64,000 nt of DNA from positions 145,576,001-145,640,000 of the forward strand of contig NC_042999.1 in assembly GCF_006345805.1 (NCBI RefSeq), given 5' to 3'. Every line of letters begins with the position of its first letter. The first letter of the stretch is position 1. Source of the stretch: Octopus sinensis (lineage: Eukaryota). The position numbers were made by a program, and so were the translations under genes. This document shows positions 1 through 11,519 of this stretch, piece by piece. The notes below the pieces were generated by a model that had not been told where the DNA came from, ran no database searches, and saw only the letters and a program-made list of their open reading frames with translations.

Positions 1-192
1 CAAAGTAATGTGTGTGTGAGAGAAAGGGGGGAGAAAGACTTAAAATCAATAAATGATTTAAAATAAATATATTGTAATTGTTGTGTGAGAAAGCATATAT
101 ACTATGATTATAAAATATAGTGTCTTTCAAAAACAAAAAACAAAACATATTACATTTTATTTTTTATTAACGTAGTCACTTACTCTCTCTCT

Positions 193-292
193 CCCTCTCT
201 CACTTTGTCTTTCCCATGAAACTCTCTGCCTCCTTCTTCCACTTTTCTTTATCTTATTGTTTTTTTGTTAGACGCCGTCAAAAAAGCAATGG

Positions 293-324
<32 letters not shown>

Positions 325-415
325 CTCTCTTACTTTGTCTTTCCCGTGAAATTCTCTGCCTCCTTCTTCCATTTTATCTTATTTTTTTTGTTAGACGCCA
401 TCAAAAAGCAATGGC
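193..415. repeat. Diverged tandem duplication (about 125-bp unit) around a (CT)n tract
   Basis: ctttgtctttccc(a/g)tgaaa...gacgcc(g/a)tcaaaaa(a)gcaatggct occurs twice, at about 193-294 and 322-415. Confidence 0.85.
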
Positions 416-459
416 TGATATTTGTTATGGTTAAAAGCTATGGTTGAAAATGGTTGAAA

Positions 460-600
460 ATAGATTTTTACCCTATCCGCGGGTGCCTCGGGAAAATAAT
501 AAGTTGACAAAACCCAGATAGTGTATTGACAAATGTCCTCCTAAAATTTGAGCGACATGCGTGCTAATTTGTGGACGTGCATAAATTACAATCACGTACA

Positions 601-640
<40 letters not shown>

Positions 641-665
641 CACATCCTCCCTTTTATAGATATGA
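460..665 (+). mobile_element. Possible non-autonomous Helitron/Helentron-like element with internal (CA)n
   Basis: Unique block, then (CA)n, then a cttttatagatatgat end; the layout resembles DINE/HINE-type elements, but no diagnostic protein is present. Confidence 0.3.
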
Positions 666-729
666 TGTAGGGAAACTGATTACGACTAATTTACGCAAAT
701 AGCAACAACACAAACGGTGAGAGATCAAA

Positions 730-880
730 TTTTGGTACAAGGCTAGCAATTTCGGGACAGAGAAAAGTCAATTACAACGATCGCAGTGCTCCACTTTATC
801 GACTCCAAAAAGATGAAAGGCAAAGACGACCTCGGCGGAATTTGTAACTTTAAGACAGACGAAGTACTACGAAGCATTTT
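730..880 (-). mobile_element. Degenerate tRNA-derived SINE (family A)
   Basis: Reverse complement matches ttccgccgaggtcgtctttgcctttcatc of the copy at 3083. Confidence 0.7.
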
Positions 881-1310
881 AATCTAAGAGGAGATGGAAG
901 CTTCAGCGAAGGAGTTCTTCGCCTTGAAAGACAAGATCTGGTATCAGCGTGGGATCAAAGAACTGGCAGAAAGGTGATTTCAAACGGTGCAACAAGATCG
1001 CCCCCACGTTGACTGATCAGCTGCTTTTGTTGTAACATGAAGAGTAAAGCAATTGAGTTACTAAAATATTGAAAAGCATTTGACTCAACACTACATATTT
1101 TTCCGCCTCTGTATTGCATTTTAATGTACTAAAAAAAAAAGGATTCTGTGAACTACATCTGAAGTAAAGTAGAATAAATTCACTGCACTTGAGGTTTATT
1201 TTCCCCTATTAATTGCTTTAAAACAAACCAGCAGACACACACAAATAAACACACACACAAACACACAGACGCCCACACACACACACACACATTCACACCT
1301 ATGCATGTAT

Positions 1311-1566
1311 GTATGTATGTATGTATGTATGTATGTATGTATGTATGTATGTATGTATGTATGTATGTATGTATGTATGTGCGTATGTATGTATGTGCTT
1401 GAGATACTCATCCTGCCTTAGTTTTGTTGTACCTTTTCCTCTAATATATATCAGCTAACTCGGAAGATTACTATGGACCCCTAGAATTTACAAATTATAG
1501 CATTTACATAGCGTATCTATTCGTTTAGATCACCGGTGGATTAAACCCCTCATATGCTTTATATAT

Positions 1567-1600
<34 letters not shown>

Positions 1601-1629
1601 ATATATATATATATATACATATATATGTA

Positions 1630-1663
<34 letters not shown>

Positions 1664-1759
1664 CATATATATATATACACATATGTATACAGGCACATAT
1701 ATATACACACATATATATATACATACACACATATATATACATATATATGTATATATTTG

Positions 1760-1810
<51 letters not shown>

Positions 1811-1820
1811 CATACATGTA
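1311..1820. repeat. (TATG)n (1311-1395) and compound (TA)n/(CA)n (1555-1820) microsatellites
   Basis: Direct reading of the sequence. Confidence 0.95.
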
Positions 1821-1852
1821 TAAAAAAATACATTATGTTTATTTTTGTGTTC

Positions 1853-1888
1853 CTTTCTGTTGAAGAGCGAAGGCTCGAAATGTAAAAG
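1853..1888 (+). ncRNA. Minimal type I hammerhead-like motif (U6 core variant) in a PLE pLTR remnant
   Basis: CTTT-CTGTTGA-A-GAGC gaag GCTC-GAAA-TG-TA-AAAG; followed by about 90 nt and then (TA)n; same family as 18567 and 21661. Confidence 0.55.
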
Positions 1889-1979
1889 ACTTTCACACTT
1901 TCCTAGCGTTAAACTAATACATCTGTTTGTTGTTTACCCACCCGTCTTCGTGTTTTTTTTTGTTTGTAAATTCTCACCA

Positions 1980-2020
<41 letters not shown>

Positions 2021-2320
2021 CATGCAACGAAGATTATCTTCAAGAATCTGCTTCTCAATGCTTTGTGAAATCTTACGCTGGTTAAATCCACTCTCAGATT
2101 GACACACAAAACGCCGTCATTGAAAATCAAACAAATCTTTTCGCCTCTGGTAATCATGGCATGTGTAGTTGCTATAAACAGTTGACATGCTGCTATCTGA
2201 AATGAAAATTAATAATTCGTTAACAAATTTGAAGCACCGTGGAGTGTCTGCACTGAACCCCACCCTAGATAAAAACGAAAGAGGAGGTGTCTATTTACAT
2301 TTGAAATGTCTGTCTATCTT

Positions 2321-2353
<33 letters not shown>

Positions 2354-2374
2354 TATATATAATATATATATACA

Positions 2375-2720
2375 CATCGAAGAGGCCAGGGAACAGAAGA
2401 AAGAAGAGGAAAGAAGACATGCACCCAACACCAGAGCTGAAGATACCTCCGAAAGGGGTGCCCCGCCACGTCAAAACGGCAGAGGAGTAGGGGCCGAAAC
2501 CGGACGTGGTTCCTTCTGATGATGTCTTGAGCTAACTGGATACTATAAAGGAGCTGTTGTGGTAGCAGACCACGAAACACGGTTGAAATTCCTCCTATAT
2601 GTTGGTGGGGAGGCGTGTATAATACATATTTGGGGATATTAAGTATAGATTAAATGTTTATCTAGTATTGAACTGAATACGAATAGTAGACTCAATTAAA
2701 ATATCACAAATGTTAACAAT
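2375..2720 (+). mobile_element. Probable PLE pLTR remnant with two degenerate HHR-like motifs
   Basis: CTGAAGA (2437-2443)...GAAACCGG (from 2496) and CTGATGA (2516-2522)...GAAACACGGTT (from 2574); helix I pairing is poor. Confidence 0.4.
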
Positions 2721-2829
2721 CACTTATCAGTCTTATGTAGCTTGCTCAGAGTCTGGCTGTTGTTAGAAGAAAGTGTTTCAGGTTATTATCGGGTTAGAAT
2801 TGAAGGACTTAATATGTAGTAGTTGCTGA

Positions 2830-2970
2830 AAGCAAATATTGCATATGATTCCGTACACAATCCAATCGGAAAATACCTCTTAATTTGCTTTTGATATTAC
2901 TTTAATTTAGAATGGAAAGGGCATGTAACAAATTATTAGTTTCTACTGGTTGTAGTCAGTAAACTTGCAC
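2830..2970 (+). repeat. Unclassified dispersed repeat, copy 1 (copy 2 at about 6850-6985)
   Basis: Both copies share aatattgcata(t/c)gattccgt...aatttgcttttgatattac...agaatggaaaggg...taacaaattattagtttctactgg. Confidence 0.8.
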
Positions 2971-3082
2971 CACACACATTTCGAAGACCGCAGCAGAGAA
3001 GTGTAAGAAGCCTAACTCAACATCTTAAGGGAGCAATATCTGGATCATAAACTTTATTGAAACACAATTTGCTGGTATAGAA

Positions 3083-3315
3083 GGCGGCGAGCTGGCAGAA
3101 ACGTTAGCACTCCGGGCGAAATGCTTAGCAGTATTTCGCCTGTCGTTACGTTCTGAGTTCAAATTCCGCCGAGGTCGACTTTGCCTTTCATCCTTTCGAG
3201 GTCGATAAATTAAGTACCAGTTACGCACTGGGGTCAATATAATCGACTTAATACCTATGTCTGTCCTTGTTTGTCCCCTCTATGTTTAGCCACTTGTGAG
3301 TAATAAAGAAATAGG
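3083..3315 (+). mobile_element. Full-length tRNA-derived SINE (family A) with a Tx1-like 3' tail
   Basis: Head ggcggcgagctggcagaaacgttagc, B-box-like gagttcaaattcc, tail ttgtcccctctatgtttagcc...aataaagaaa. Confidence 0.9.
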
Positions 3316-3555
3316 TATAGATGCGGGTGTGCTGCATACATCTGTAAATGAAGTGTATGAAAAGATGACAGAAGCAAATAATTCATTACTCTGCATAATT
3401 CCTGGGCGATCAACGTGGCTTGTAGAGGTGAAAGGCTATGCGGAAGGAATTTCTTGTTTCATATAACATCCGTTTAAATTCTTTAGAGTCAAGACCTTCG
3501 CGAAGAGTAAACTGAAACATGGAAACCAAAGCGTCGAGTATGCCATCTAGCAATG

Positions 3556-3643
3556 GGCGGAATTTGAACTCAGAACGTAGCGGCAGACGAAATACGGCTA
3601 CGCATTTCGCCTGGCGTGCTAACGTTTCTGCCAGCTCGCCGCC
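3556..3643 (-). mobile_element. SINE family A head fragment
   Basis: Reverse complement of the first about 90 nt of the SINE at 3083. Confidence 0.9.
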
Positions 3644-3822
3644 TTAGTACAAAGAAAATATTAAAAATATTAAAATCCAGTTGATCAAGTCCTTCCAAGA
3701 GATGCTGTATTAATCAGTACTGAAGACTTGCACATACATAGCATGAGAACATTTAGTAATGCGTTCGGCAATAATCTACTGGCATTATTATATTTACGCT
3801 TCCATTTCATAACTGTCATCTG

Positions 3823-3864
<42 letters not shown>

Positions 3865-3981
3865 AATAGTAAAAAGTGAAAAAACTACAGAAGGCTTGTT
3901 TTAAAAGGTTAAAAAATATATATTTGAGTCAATATGTCTGAAGAATGTTATAAATTTTTTTCATACAATGACATAGTTTAG

Positions 3982-4021
3982 AAGAAATAACCGGTTTCGT
4001 GTACAGCTTTTCAAATTTCTT
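3982..4021 (-). ncRNA. Type I hammerhead motif, U3-A8 variant (left-arm copy)
   Basis: Reverse complement of 4090-4129 with one substitution in stem II. Confidence 0.55.
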
Positions 4022-4089
4022 AAATCGTTATGTTTACATTGAGCGGAGATCAGGTAATTGATCTCCGCTCAATGTAAACATAACGATTT

Positions 4090-4129
4090 AAGAAATTTGA
4101 AAAGCTGTACGCGAAACCGGTTATTTCTT
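4090..4129 (+). ncRNA. Type I hammerhead motif, U3-A8 covariant core
   Basis: AAGAAAT-TTGAAAA-GC tgtac GC-GAAA-CCGG-TT-ATTTCTT: 7-bp helix I and palindromic helix III (AACCGGTT). Confidence 0.7.
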
Positions 4130-4286
4130 CTAAATTATGTCATTGTATGAAAAACATTTATAACATTCTTCAGACATATTGACTCAAATATATATTTTTT
4201 AACCTTTTAAAACAAGCCTTCTGTAGTTTTTTCACTTTTTACTATTTTCTATATATTCAACCACGTGCTTTCACAAACCAACTTTC

Positions 4287-4360
<74 letters not shown>

Positions 4361-4364
<4 letters not shown>

Positions 4365-5379
4365 TGCTGCGGTAAAAAATATATGTTTACACAAAATTTT
4401 TCGCTTAGTCCGAGGAAGAGGATAAGAAAGTAAAGAATTAAATCGAGAGCTAGATGACATTTAATTTGGTCTTCGAGGTTTCTCTCTAGTTATATTTTTT
4501 CTACACATATGTATAATAAGTCTAAAGGCAAAAATATAATCTATTTTCATAATGTGTAAATATAGATTTTATCGGAGGAGTGTTTCTTAAATTATATGTA
4601 TTGCGATAGAATTGAAAAGGGCAACGTCCATTCAGGCATTAGAAAAAATGATGTTTGATATTTAATTTTGGTTTTGATTTAAATCCTGCGAGTACTCGTT
4701 TTGCCATTTTATGCAAATGGAAAATAAATGCATTAAAAGTAAAGAAATTTCAGAACAGAATTAACACTTGCCGTTAACCCACCATATAGATATAAGTACA
4801 ATATGTTTTAGTATCCTTACGTGCACACACACATTTGTGTGTGTTTGTACTTGTATTGCAGTGGGGAAATCGGTGAAATAGAGAATGAATGTTGGGACAT
4901 TTGTCAGTATAAGAGCCTTGCACCAAAGAGTTATGTTATTTTACGCTCCAAGTTCAAATCCTACAGATGCCAACGTTCACTTCTTTTTCTTATATATATA
5001 TATATATTTATTTATTTATATTTCACCGATTTCACCACTGCAATACAAGTACAGACACACACAAATGTCAAACATCAAACATCAAACATCATTTTCTCTA
5101 ATGCCTGAATGGACGTTGCCCTTTTCAATTCTATCACAATACATATAATTTAAGAAACAGTCCTCCGATAAAATCTATATTTACACGTAATGAAAATAGA
5201 TTATATTTTTGCCTTTAGACTTATTGTACATATGTGTAGAAAAAATATAACTAGAGAGAAATCTCGAAGACCAAATTAAATGTCATCTAGCTCTCGACTT
5301 AATTCTTTACTTTCTTATTCTCTTCCTCGAACTAAGCGAAAACTTTTGTGTAAACATATATTTTTTACCGCAGCAATTT
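4361..5379. repeat. Nested fold-back inverted duplication
   Basis: Outer arms 4361-4659 / about 5081-5379 (about 300 bp, slightly diverged); inner arms 4832-4880 / 5018-5067. Confidence 0.92.
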
Positions 5380-6849
5380 TTACTTTTCTCCCATTTAATT
5401 AATTGTGAATAGTTTCATTACAGAGCTGGGAAGATGAAGTACTCTTAATCTTCTCAGAAAAATTAGAACAATGCACTAAAAGTTTGGAGCTTTTTCTTTT
5501 GTTCTATTTTGGCTTTAACAACTGTTGGAACTGATATTTTGCATTCCATCTCTCTCAGACTTAAGAAATAAGCCCCAGACATTCTTCATGAATATTTAAT
5601 GAAAGCCCATACATCAATGTCCAAATCCTCCCAAATCCTACCTCAATGTCTTAAAATGAAGTGAAATATGAGCAAGAGAGAGAGAGAGAAGGAGGGAGGG
5701 GAGGAAGATAAAGACGAGAGAGAGGGAGGGAAGGGGAGGAAGAAGAAGGAAAGAGAGAGAGAGAGAGAGTTGGGTACAGTTTTGGCCGCTAATTCTGTCA
5801 GCTCGATCACACAGAAAACCACCTCTTAATCCCTATTGTCTTGTCTGTGTCAGGTTTTATCTGAGTGGTACAAAAATCTTTAAAAATGGTTTGATTGAAA
5901 AGATTTGCTGAAGCCTGAATTCTTGCATTCTGAGAAATTACCGTTGTTTTATTCTTTCTCCTGGTTCCCTTGGATGCTAATAACCACATTTATATTTTTC
6001 ATAAAGGTATAATGTTTTTAAAATCCACCATATGATTCATGACTTAATGTTTGTTAACTATAGCAAATATAGCTTCAAATTTTCTATAACTTAAAATAAA
6101 TTTCAACCTGTAAAATAATTAATTATCGTGTTCAGACATTTGTTAGCTATCAGTTGTTTACAGATTACCTAAAAGAAAGCAAAGAAATTCGGTTTTGTAT
6201 TTGGTTTGCTAGATTCTTGACACAAACTCGCATGCTGAAACATTTTTTGTTGTACCCAGGAGGGTCATTATGCTAATGAGCAGCATACAGACTGGTTTCA
6301 CTTCACTTCTTCATTATTTAATTGTCAAATGTTAACTATGTAGGAAATTAAGTAAGCGATTGTTAAACAGTCGGTTAGGTTTGTGAAAGTCTATTCGTCG
6401 CTAATTGCGACCTCATCAATGACATCCATCTAGACCGAGTGCGTGAGTTTATTTTTGGATTCATAACCCCCTCGAAATACAACAAGAAAAAATAGACTAG
6501 TCTGTATCTAAACTGTGAATATCAAACCTTTTGGATTAAGTATTGGATTGATTATTCTATTTGTAATAAGGTTAGTTTTTGCAGGGATGACTGTAGTGTT
6601 TCAAGCATTTTATAGGGGTTCATGCTAGAATATATACGTCATTCACTGCAGTACACGAAAAGTAAGGACATACCGAGCAGCATTTTAATTCAGTGTGAAG
6701 GAACCTTGTTAAATGACAAGCTATATCGTTCAGTACAAGCAAACTCATTTTGCCATGTCCTTGTCATAGCTAATGCAGGGTGGAATATAGGCGGTTTTTT
6801 ATCGAGATATTTTAACGTTCAGCAAGTTCAATCTAGAAGATTAAGAGAT

Positions 6850-6985
6850 GAAAGTTAATATTGCATACGATTCCGTGCACGATCTAAAGATATCTATTAA
6901 TTTGCTTTTGATATTACATCCATTGAGAATGGAAAGGGTGTGTAACAAATTATTAGTTTCTACTGGCTGTAGGTTGTGAAACGAT
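6850..6985 (+). repeat. Unclassified dispersed repeat, copy 2
   Basis: Homologous to 2830-2970. Confidence 0.8.
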
Positions 6986-7466
6986 TCTGATCGCTGTTTG
7001 AAAGCTATTTCACAACACTTAAGAAGCTCATGCTCTTAGAAGGAAGGTGTGTTACCTACCGATATCAATACATAGTTAAAATGAATCGTAAAAAGACACA
7101 CGCACACACACTTACACACAAATATATATGCACATACATACGCTTGCACATGTGTCAGAGCACATATCTTCAATACAAGTGAAAGTCTGTATGTGTTTGT
7201 GTTATGTATGTGCAAATATGTGAGTGCGTGTTTGTGTGTGTGTTTGTGTGTGTGTGTGCATGCGTGCATGCATCTGTGTGTGTGTTTGTGTATGTGTGTG
7301 TAAAGAGCAAAATAAATTCAGCTGCAATTTGCAACATTCGTGGAACTGAAATAAAGTAGAACTGAATACTTTATATAGCATTATATGTATAAAACTCGCA
7401 CAATGAAGTCCATTGCTACTCTAAGTTTCAATCTCGAGAGCACGATATCGCGCCACTTTATTTGAT

Positions 7467-7503
<37 letters not shown>

Positions 7504-7504
<1 letters not shown>

Positions 7505-8768
7505 TAGGTCGTCAAGTATGAAATTTGTAGTAAATTATATGGTAAACTTTGACAACTGCTAATTTTGCGCCATTAGTATATTTTGACAATCTTTATTTTT
7601 TGTTAGAAAGCTGACACATCTATTTCTTTATCTTAACTCATTTTACGCTTTATAAAGTATTTATAAATCGTTATTTTTTTGTTGCTATTTCTGTTTAGAG
7701 ATGGATAAGGTGGAAATATGAGTTTTTTCTTGGAAATACAGAATTACAGACAGCTTGAAATATTAATGAAGTATTTCAGTCTAATGTTATTACACAGCAG
7801 ACACTATGAAATTGCTTTGCAAAATTTCATTCTGATAACATTGACCTCACAAATGAGCAACGCGGTCGACCAGAAACAAAGGTAGATAATGACGAACTGA
7901 AAACCACCGTCGAGTCAGATCCATCTGGTGAATTATCGTTGCTGTCTGGTGTTAGCAAGCAAAGAATATTGAGTCAACTAGTTCAAATCGGTGAAGTGAA
8001 AAATCGGATAAGTGGGTTACACATGAACTCAATGAATATCAGAAACAGCAATGTTTGGAAGCCTGCATTATGCTACTTTCTCGTCACAAAAATTAATCAG
8101 TTTTTAATCGAATTGTAACGCGATGAGAAATGGATCCAATACAACAACTGTAAACGTTTATCACAATGGTTAGACAAAGACGAACCACCAAAACACGGTC
8201 CAAAAAGCAAAATTCATCAAAAGAAGCTGGTGGTGTGTGTTTAGTGGTCTGGCGCAATTGTGATCCATTATGATTTCATTAAACCTGGTTCATCAATCAC
8301 GGTCGAAGTATACTGCAGCCAACTGGACCAAATGATGCAGAAACTTACAAAAAAAATACCCAGCCTAGATTAGCCAACAGATCTACTCCTATATTATTGC
8401 AAGACAACGCCAGACAACACATCGCAAAAATGATGCTGGCGAAACTACAGGAGTTGGAGTCGGAAGTTCTCCATCATCCTCCATACTCACCTGATTTTGC
8501 CCCCACTGACTACTGCTTCTTCCAGAAATTGGATAACCTTTTGATAGGAAAAACAAAATATTTCCGACGATGCTGAAAAACAGGCCTTCCAAGATTTTAT
8601 TGACTCTAGATCGCCAGGCTTTTGCAGTTCCGGGCTGGACAAGCTACCGCTGATATGGCAAAAGTGTATTGACAATATGGGTGTATACTATGATGAAGAA
8701 AACTATTCCTTGTATTAGTAAAACATCAGCAAACTTTTTTCTTTTCTACAAATTTCATACTTGACGAC

Positions 8769-8772
<4 letters not shown>
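7504..8772 (+). mobile_element. Full-length decayed mariner transposon (DD34D)
   Basis: Perfect 27-bp TIRs TTAGGTCGTCAAGTATGAAATTTGTAG (7504-7530 / 8746-8772), TA flanks, 1269 bp long. Confidence 0.97.
7701..8718 (+). pseudogene. Mariner transposase pseudogene
   Basis: DNARQH...HPPYSPDFAPTD with 34-residue spacing and a WQKCID C-terminus; multiple stops and frameshifts. Confidence 0.93.
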
Positions 8773-8821
<49 letters not shown>

Positions 8822-8823
<2 letters not shown>

Positions 8824-9020
8824 CATAAGATCAACAAAAATGTACTCCATATGGTGAGAGATAAGTATTATTTAATAAACACAGTATATATTTTTATGAG
8901 TACTATTAGTTTCGTACGATGAAAACACGTCAGACAGCATTTTATAACTCGTCAGGTGCCTTCAGATAATCCTTGGCCTCTGCCCTCGTGGTAAAGAAAG
9001 CTGAATCAGGTCCTGTTTTA
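8822..9020 (-). mobile_element. PLE pLTR remnant with an HHR-like motif lacking helix I (8901-8955)
   Basis: Reverse complement reads CTGACGA-GT...AC-GAAA-CTAATAG-TA; ends in (TA)n. Confidence 0.4.
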
Positions 9021-9156
9021 GCTTTTTATGCCATGTGGGCAGTCGTGGAGGATTGTGTGAAGGCACCACACACGGTATAAAATGCTATCTGAGTCATTTT
9101 CATCGCATGAAACAATTAGTACCTCATGAAAATATATACTGCATTTATTAAATTGG

Positions 9157-9222
<66 letters not shown>

Positions 9223-9242
9223 TATATACATACATACATATA

Positions 9243-9850
9243 TACGAGAAGGTACCCAAAATTAATTGGAAATATTCAGTGTGGGACAAGCCCGCTGTAG
9301 TTCACGCTTCCGTTGCTAGATGTGACCCTCAGTTATCAGTCTGTCGACCGGCGTCATCATTTCAAGTTCTACTACTATGTGTTGCGTCTTTGTTTTGCAG
9401 TACTTCTCTCCTGTTCGTCAATTTTTCGATGACTGAAACGGACGACCAGCGTGCATCCCTGAAATTCTGTTTTCTCTCAAGGAAAACGGCGGCCGAAACG
9501 GTTTTCATGTCTCAAGCAGCTTACAAGGACGCTACTATGAGCAAAACACAAGTTTACGAGCGGCTTCCACGCTTTAGAAATGGTCCTTTTTCGCTTGAAA
9601 AACCAATCTCGTTCTGGACGACCGTGGACCTCCCGAGCGAATTAAACCAACATGAAAATTCATGAACTGAGATTGGAGGATCGTCACCGAACAATTGACA
9701 AAGTTGTTGATATGATTGGTGTGTTCTGGAGTTCTGGAGCCCTTGTCAACGAATTTTGACCGAGCAATTGCGAATGCAAAAAGTTGTGGCGAAATTTGTA
9801 ACTAGCTTGCTCATGGAAGATCAAAAGCAGTCACAACTGAATCTTATCTC
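9243..9850 (+). mobile_element. 5' fragment of a mariner element
   Basis: TACGAG...CCCAAAA start; translation DQRASLKFCFLSRKTAAET...MSKTQVYER...FRNG is a mariner N-terminal HTH region. Confidence 0.88.
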
Positions 9851-10730
9851 AATTTTCTCTCTTGTTTTATATGCGCACGTTCAGTTATGCAAATAGGAGA
9901 AAGCTTATAAATAACTTACAATGCTGTTTATTTATTCGTTCGAAGCTGGTGAATTGTTCTCTCACTAAGTTTCTTGCCATGTACATTCTTTAATACGCCT
10001 GTAAGACGATTAAGCCAGTAACATGTGGAATGCTATGTTAGTGATCGAAGTGATAAAATATACAACTAAATGCTTTGTACAAGGGGAAAAAATTATATTA
10101 TTATTCCTACTCATCTATTGGCAATAGCATATAGAAGCGACATATATTTTTGTGTAGTATCTTCAAGGATGTATGGACATGCTACATTTTGGTTAAATGA
10201 TTATTGCATCATTTTTGATTCATTGCAATATATTTCAGCAACGTTTCAGCTCTTACAGGAATATAGTAACTCCATCTAGTCTTCAGTTTATATGCATTGA
10301 TGTAAGGATCTGGAGTTTATTCTAGCTCTAGATATATGAGTGAATGTGTTTGTTTATTTAACGATATTGTATGTATTTAACAGCGCATTTTCTATTGGTG
10401 TGAATATGCAAGTATAGAGAATTTAGCTTAGCAGGCTTATATAAAGAGATATAGGGTTTTATGATCTGCTACTCGCAAAACAATATTAACGCCACTAAAT
10501 CAAATCAAATCAGAGGGACTGCAGAAGATACAAAACAATATGTGTGTTTTGTGTTTATGTGTATATGTGTGTGTGTGTGTATCATTCATCATAAGGATTC
10601 CATTCTTGTTGAGGATAATACCTGTGTGTGTGATTCTTATTTAGGGAGGTTTTATTGCATATACGTATGCTTATGTATACGTACACATGCATAAATATAT
10701 ATGTATCTATACATGTATTTATATATACCT

Positions 10731-10774
<44 letters not shown>

Positions 10775-11519
10775 ATATGTATGCATGTATGTATGTAAGA
10801 ATACATATGTATGTATGTATACATGAATGTGTTATGCATGAACCTCATTAATCTCGAATATATGCCACATAATTACTTGGATCTTCACACATGCGATTGT
10901 TTTTAAGCATTTCATTTTGTAGGTTTGACCTGTTGTTGCTATAATTCCATTCTGGTGGACGATGTGGATTATTTTTACCTCTATGTCTTAGTTTGTAATT
11001 TCATATTTAGAACGTGATGAATTCCTAACAATTTTACTTAAGTTTAGCTTCGTATAGAGGAGTTTATGATACTTATATGTGGTAGGGTAGTGTTTTCGTG
11101 TTAAAATCAATAAACAGCCTAGTGTATTCCATGATATAGCTATATGCTACATGAGATTAAATCAAAAAATAACATGCATATGTTTCCATTTCAATACATG
11201 TGTCCGTGTGTCTGTGTTTTCACGTTTCTTTTGTGTGTCTCTTATGTTTTCCTTGTGACGAAATTAGCTTGTTTTCGCTGTAGGAAATCACAAACACCTC
11301 TTACTATAATCAATTTAACACATTACATGCCTGTTTATATTCTTACAATAATAGAAAATGTGGTGCTAGATAAACAATATATCATTCTAAAAGGAAGAAG
11401 TCACTAGCATCAAAGAAGCAATTGGGAGGGTAGATATAAACAGACAGAATATCAAATATATTATCCTAGTAATAGCAGTTAAATATCTAGAGAAAAAAAG
11501 AATGTGACTCGAATGATAA

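Larger units (their letters stand above)
3855..4256. repeat. Near-perfect palindrome (arms about 198 bp, spacer ggtaat at 4053-4058) of a PLE pLTR-like sequence
   Basis: agaaaatagtaaaaagtg...gagcggagatca / tgatctccgctc...cactttttactattttct, with few mismatches. Confidence 0.97.

Noticed and set aside
10240-10286. Minus-strand CTGAAGA...GAAACGTT motif
   Set aside because: Helix I does not pair and helix II is poor; counted only as degenerate.
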